Positions 61,714 through 64,000 of a stretch of DNA of 64,000 nt are shown in pieces. The position numbers and the translations under genes were made by a program. The notes beneath the pieces were generated by a model that was given only the letters and a program-made list of their open reading frames with translations, was not told where the DNA came from and ran no database searches. The stretch covers positions 224,001 through 288,000 of the forward strand of contig JBMNLH010000004.1 of NCBI GenBank assembly GCA_050952625.1, read 5' to 3'. Origin of the DNA: Bacillota bacterium. Its GTDB lineage: Bacteria; Bacillota; Ch66; Ch109. Each line of letters starts with the position of its first letter. Position 1 is the first letter of the stretch.

Positions 61714-62487
61714 ATGCTGATTGATAGCCACTGTCATCTTAATGATCCTCAATTTCAGACTGACCAGAAAGAAGTGCTGGAACGAGCTAAGGCGATGGGG
61801 GTGGAGCAGGTTGTGTGTGTAGGCTATGACTTGGCCTCTTCCCTGGGGGCGGAGGCCTTAGCTCGCCAGCATCCCGATATTTATGCCGTGATCGGCGTGC
61901 ATCCGCATGATGCCCGGCTGGTAAAGGAACAGACTTATAGCATCTTAAAGCGTACAGCCCAATCTCCGCGAGTGGTCGCGATAGGCGAGACCGGTCTTGA
62001 TTACTTTCGAAACCATTCGCCCCATGATTTGCAGCAGCAAGCATTTCGGGGCCATATTCGATTGGCCCGGGAAGTGGGACTGCCGGTCGTCATCCATGAC
62101 CGGGATGCTCACGCGGAGGTTTTGCGGATTATGCGGGAAGAAAAGGCCGCCGAGGTCGGGGGAGTCATTCACTGCTTTTCCGGTAGTTGGGAAATGGCTC
62201 AAGAATGTCTGGCGATGGGGTTTTACATTTCCCTGGCTGGTCCAGTTACCTACAACAATGCTCGTCGCCCGCAGGAGATCGCCACCCAGGTTCCTCTAGA
62301 TCGACTTTTAGTGGAAACAGATGCGCCTTACCTGTCCCCTGAGCCTCGACGAGGCCGACGCAATGAGCCCGGTAACGTCCGTTACGTTGCCGAAAAAATT
62401 GCTGAACTGCGCGGGATTACCGTGGAGGAGTTAGGGTCTGCCACTACCTCAAATGCCAGACGAGTGTTCTTCCGAATGCAGAGTTGA
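61714..62487 (+). CDS. tatD: TatD family DNase
   Basis: IDSHCHL, GVHPH, IGETGLDY, HCFSG, ETDAPY. Confidence 0.95.
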   Translation: MLIDSHCHLNDPQFQTDQKEVLERAKAMGVEQVVCVGYDLASSLGAEALARQHPDIYAVIGVHPHDARLVKEQTYSILKRTAQSPRVVAIGETGLDYFRNHSPHDLQQQAFRGHIRLAREVGLPVVIHDRDAHAEVLRIMREEKAAEVGGVIHCFSGSWEMAQECLAMGFYISLAGPVTYNNARRPQEIATQVPLDRLLVETDAPYLSPEPRRGRRNEPGNVRYVAEKIAELRGITVEELGSATTSNARRVFFRMQS

Positions 62488-62740
62488 GCAGATCAAGCTG
62501 GCGGTATAAATTGGATCTTGAACCAGCTCTCGGCAGATTTTTTAAGCATGCCGCACTTTATTTACTTATTCGACGAAAATTCCACTTCTCCGAGGCAGGA
62601 AATCTTGACCACATGGAGAATTTAATAAATGACAAACTAGAGCAATAGTCCTAGGTTGTCAGTTATAAAAGGTCAAGCTATCCCGTTATCAAAGCCCAAG
62701 GTTGGAAGTGTTGGTTGGGCCCCGAGAGGAGGATGGATGA

Positions 62741-63745
62741 TTGAGGAACTGGTTAAAAAAGCGGTATTCCAGTAGGTTATTCTGGGCAGGAAGGAAACGG
62801 TTTTTGCTTATTGGACTGCTAGCCTTGTGCCTAACAACCAGCGCAGCCGCTGGTCTTTCTTTGGCCACCAAGACAGCAGCGGTGCAGGTAGATGGCCGCA
62901 CCCTGGCAATTAGCACCACTAGTAAAACCGTGGGAGAGGTTTTAGCTGAAGCGAGCATTGAAATAACACCATATGATCAGGTTTACCCCAGTGCGGATTC
63001 TCGACTCAGTTATAATCAGGACATTCAAGTAATCAAGGCTTTTCCAGTAACGGTGGTAGCAGACGGTCAAGAGGTTCAATTAACTACCGTACCAACATCA
63101 GTTCAGGAAATTATTCAGTTAGCGGGAATAGAGCTAGGCAGCCTGGACCGGGTTACTCCAGCTCCAGAGACGAAAGTGGAAGAACCAACGGAGATTAAGA
63201 TAGTTCGCGTGACCCAAAAAACGGTCCATCTGGATCAAGAGATACCCATGCCGATTGAGCGGATAGAAGACACCACGCTAGAGCAGGGAATTCAGCGGAC
63301 GGTTCAGTCGGGAGCAAAAGGATTAGAACGCCAGACCTTATTGGTTTCTTATGAAGATGGTCAGGAAGTTAGCCGACAGGTCATTGGTTCAGAAGTAATC
63401 AAGCCCCCAGTTAAAAAAATAATTGCCGCGGGAGTTTTAACCAGTGTATCCCGGGGTGGGCAACGGCTTGATTTTAAACGAGCAATGATGGTCAAGGCTA
63501 CCGCTTACAGCTATAATGCCGGTTCCCGGACCTCCACGGGGCAGAGGGTGCGAGTTGGCGGAATTGCGGTGGACCCCACTGTAATTAAATACGGTACCCG
63601 GGTATATGTAGAGGGTTACGGTTACGCAGTCGCCAATGATTGTGGCGGGGCAATAAAGGGTAACCGAGTTGATTTATTCTTTGAAACGGAAAAAGAGTGC
63701 CGACGTTGGGGCGTCAGAAATGTAAAACTTTATATATTAGAATAA
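62741..63745 (+). CDS. yabE: YabE-like cell wall protein (DUF348/G5/3D)
   Basis: TVGEVLAE repeats, G5 domain, ATAY...IAVDP...DCGGAIKGNRVDLF. Confidence 0.9.
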   Translation: MRNWLKKRYSSRLFWAGRKRFLLIGLLALCLTTSAAAGLSLATKTAAVQVDGRTLAISTTSKTVGEVLAEASIEITPYDQVYPSADSRLSYNQDIQVIKAFPVTVVADGQEVQLTTVPTSVQEIIQLAGIELGSLDRVTPAPETKVEEPTEIKIVRVTQKTVHLDQEIPMPIERIEDTTLEQGIQRTVQSGAKGLERQTLLVSYEDGQEVSRQVIGSEVIKPPVKKIIAAGVLTSVSRGGQRLDFKRAMMVKATAYSYNAGSRTSTGQRVRVGGIAVDPTVIKYGTRVYVEGYGYAVANDCGGAIKGNRVDLFFETEKECRRWGVRNVKLYILE

Positions 63746-63776
63746 GTTTAGGATCTTCTTAATTAATCTTTTTATC

Positions 63777-63804
63777 GCAGGGTGGAATGAACCCTGCTTT
63801 TTTT
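63777..63804 (+). terminator. Rho-independent terminator
   Basis: GCAGGGT/ACCCTGC plus T8. Confidence 0.75.
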
Positions 63805-63893
63805 ATCAACGCCTGTCGTTATGACTAGATTTTCTAATGGCATTTCTTATTTATATACATCCGTAGTATAATAGAAGGTGGAGGAATTATTCA

Positions 63894-64000
63894 ATGCCAA
63901 AATATATTACTAATACCCAGCAGATGCGAGATCTGATCCGGCGCCATGAATTTCATGTCAAGAAAAAGTTAGGCCAGCATTTTATGGTATCCTCTCAGGT
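63894..64000 (+). CDS. rsmA: 16S rRNA dimethyltransferase RsmA/KsgA, 5' part (runs off window)
   Basis: MPKYIT...KKKLGQHFM; RBS GGAGG; synteny. Confidence 0.85.
   Translation, partial: MPKYITNTQQMRDLIRRHEFHVKKKLGQHFMVSSQ

Noticed and set aside
62625-62700. Possible c-di-GMP or c-di-AMP riboswitch upstream of yabE
   Set aside because: Only a weak hairpin; consensus motifs not found
29168-62958. Numerous short antisense or alternate-frame ORFs in the track
   Set aside because: Shadows of well-supported genes, without RBS or motifs
1-64000. CRISPR array or cas genes
   Set aside because: No regularly spaced repeat-spacer array; the repeats are dispersed MITE/REP-like elements

Overview
Origin-proximal chromosome segment of an anaerobic, endospore-forming clostridial Firmicute (bofA, csfB, abrB, hdrBC, 2-oxoacid:ferredoxin oxidoreductase). 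The left ~25 kb is decayed accessory DNA. It holds a phage remnant at tRNA-Arg(CCT) with an orphan prohead protease/major capsid gene, and an IS cluster (IS1634, two inverted copies of one IS110, a second IS110 with a nested IS3). It also holds REP-like palindromes, a group II intron 5' fragment, a kinase/coiled-coil module fused to a truncated tadA, and a prophage immunity remnant at tRNA-Ser(CGA). The middle carries an amidase, a cobalamin-riboswitch operon (transcobalamin-like S-layer protein plus ECF transporter) and a type II R-M pair. From 39.7 kb on it is the conserved tRNA-Ser/SRP/dnaX/recR ... tmk/holB/ricT/rsmI/abrB/metG/tatD/yabE/rsmA backbone. The best leads are: (1) an NYN/LabA ribonuclease preceded by its own promoter and a structured leader RNA, a candidate RNA-antitoxin defence system; (2) an IS110 non-coding end with a 10-nt exact guide to the REP palindrome it sits in; (3) the transcobalamin-like surface protein; (4) the coiled-coil::TadA fusion; (5) the orphan capsid gene. 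Many single-base homopolymer frameshifts suggest long-read consensus errors, so pseudogene and fusion calls need read-level checks. All calls come from reading motifs by eye; no database searches were run.
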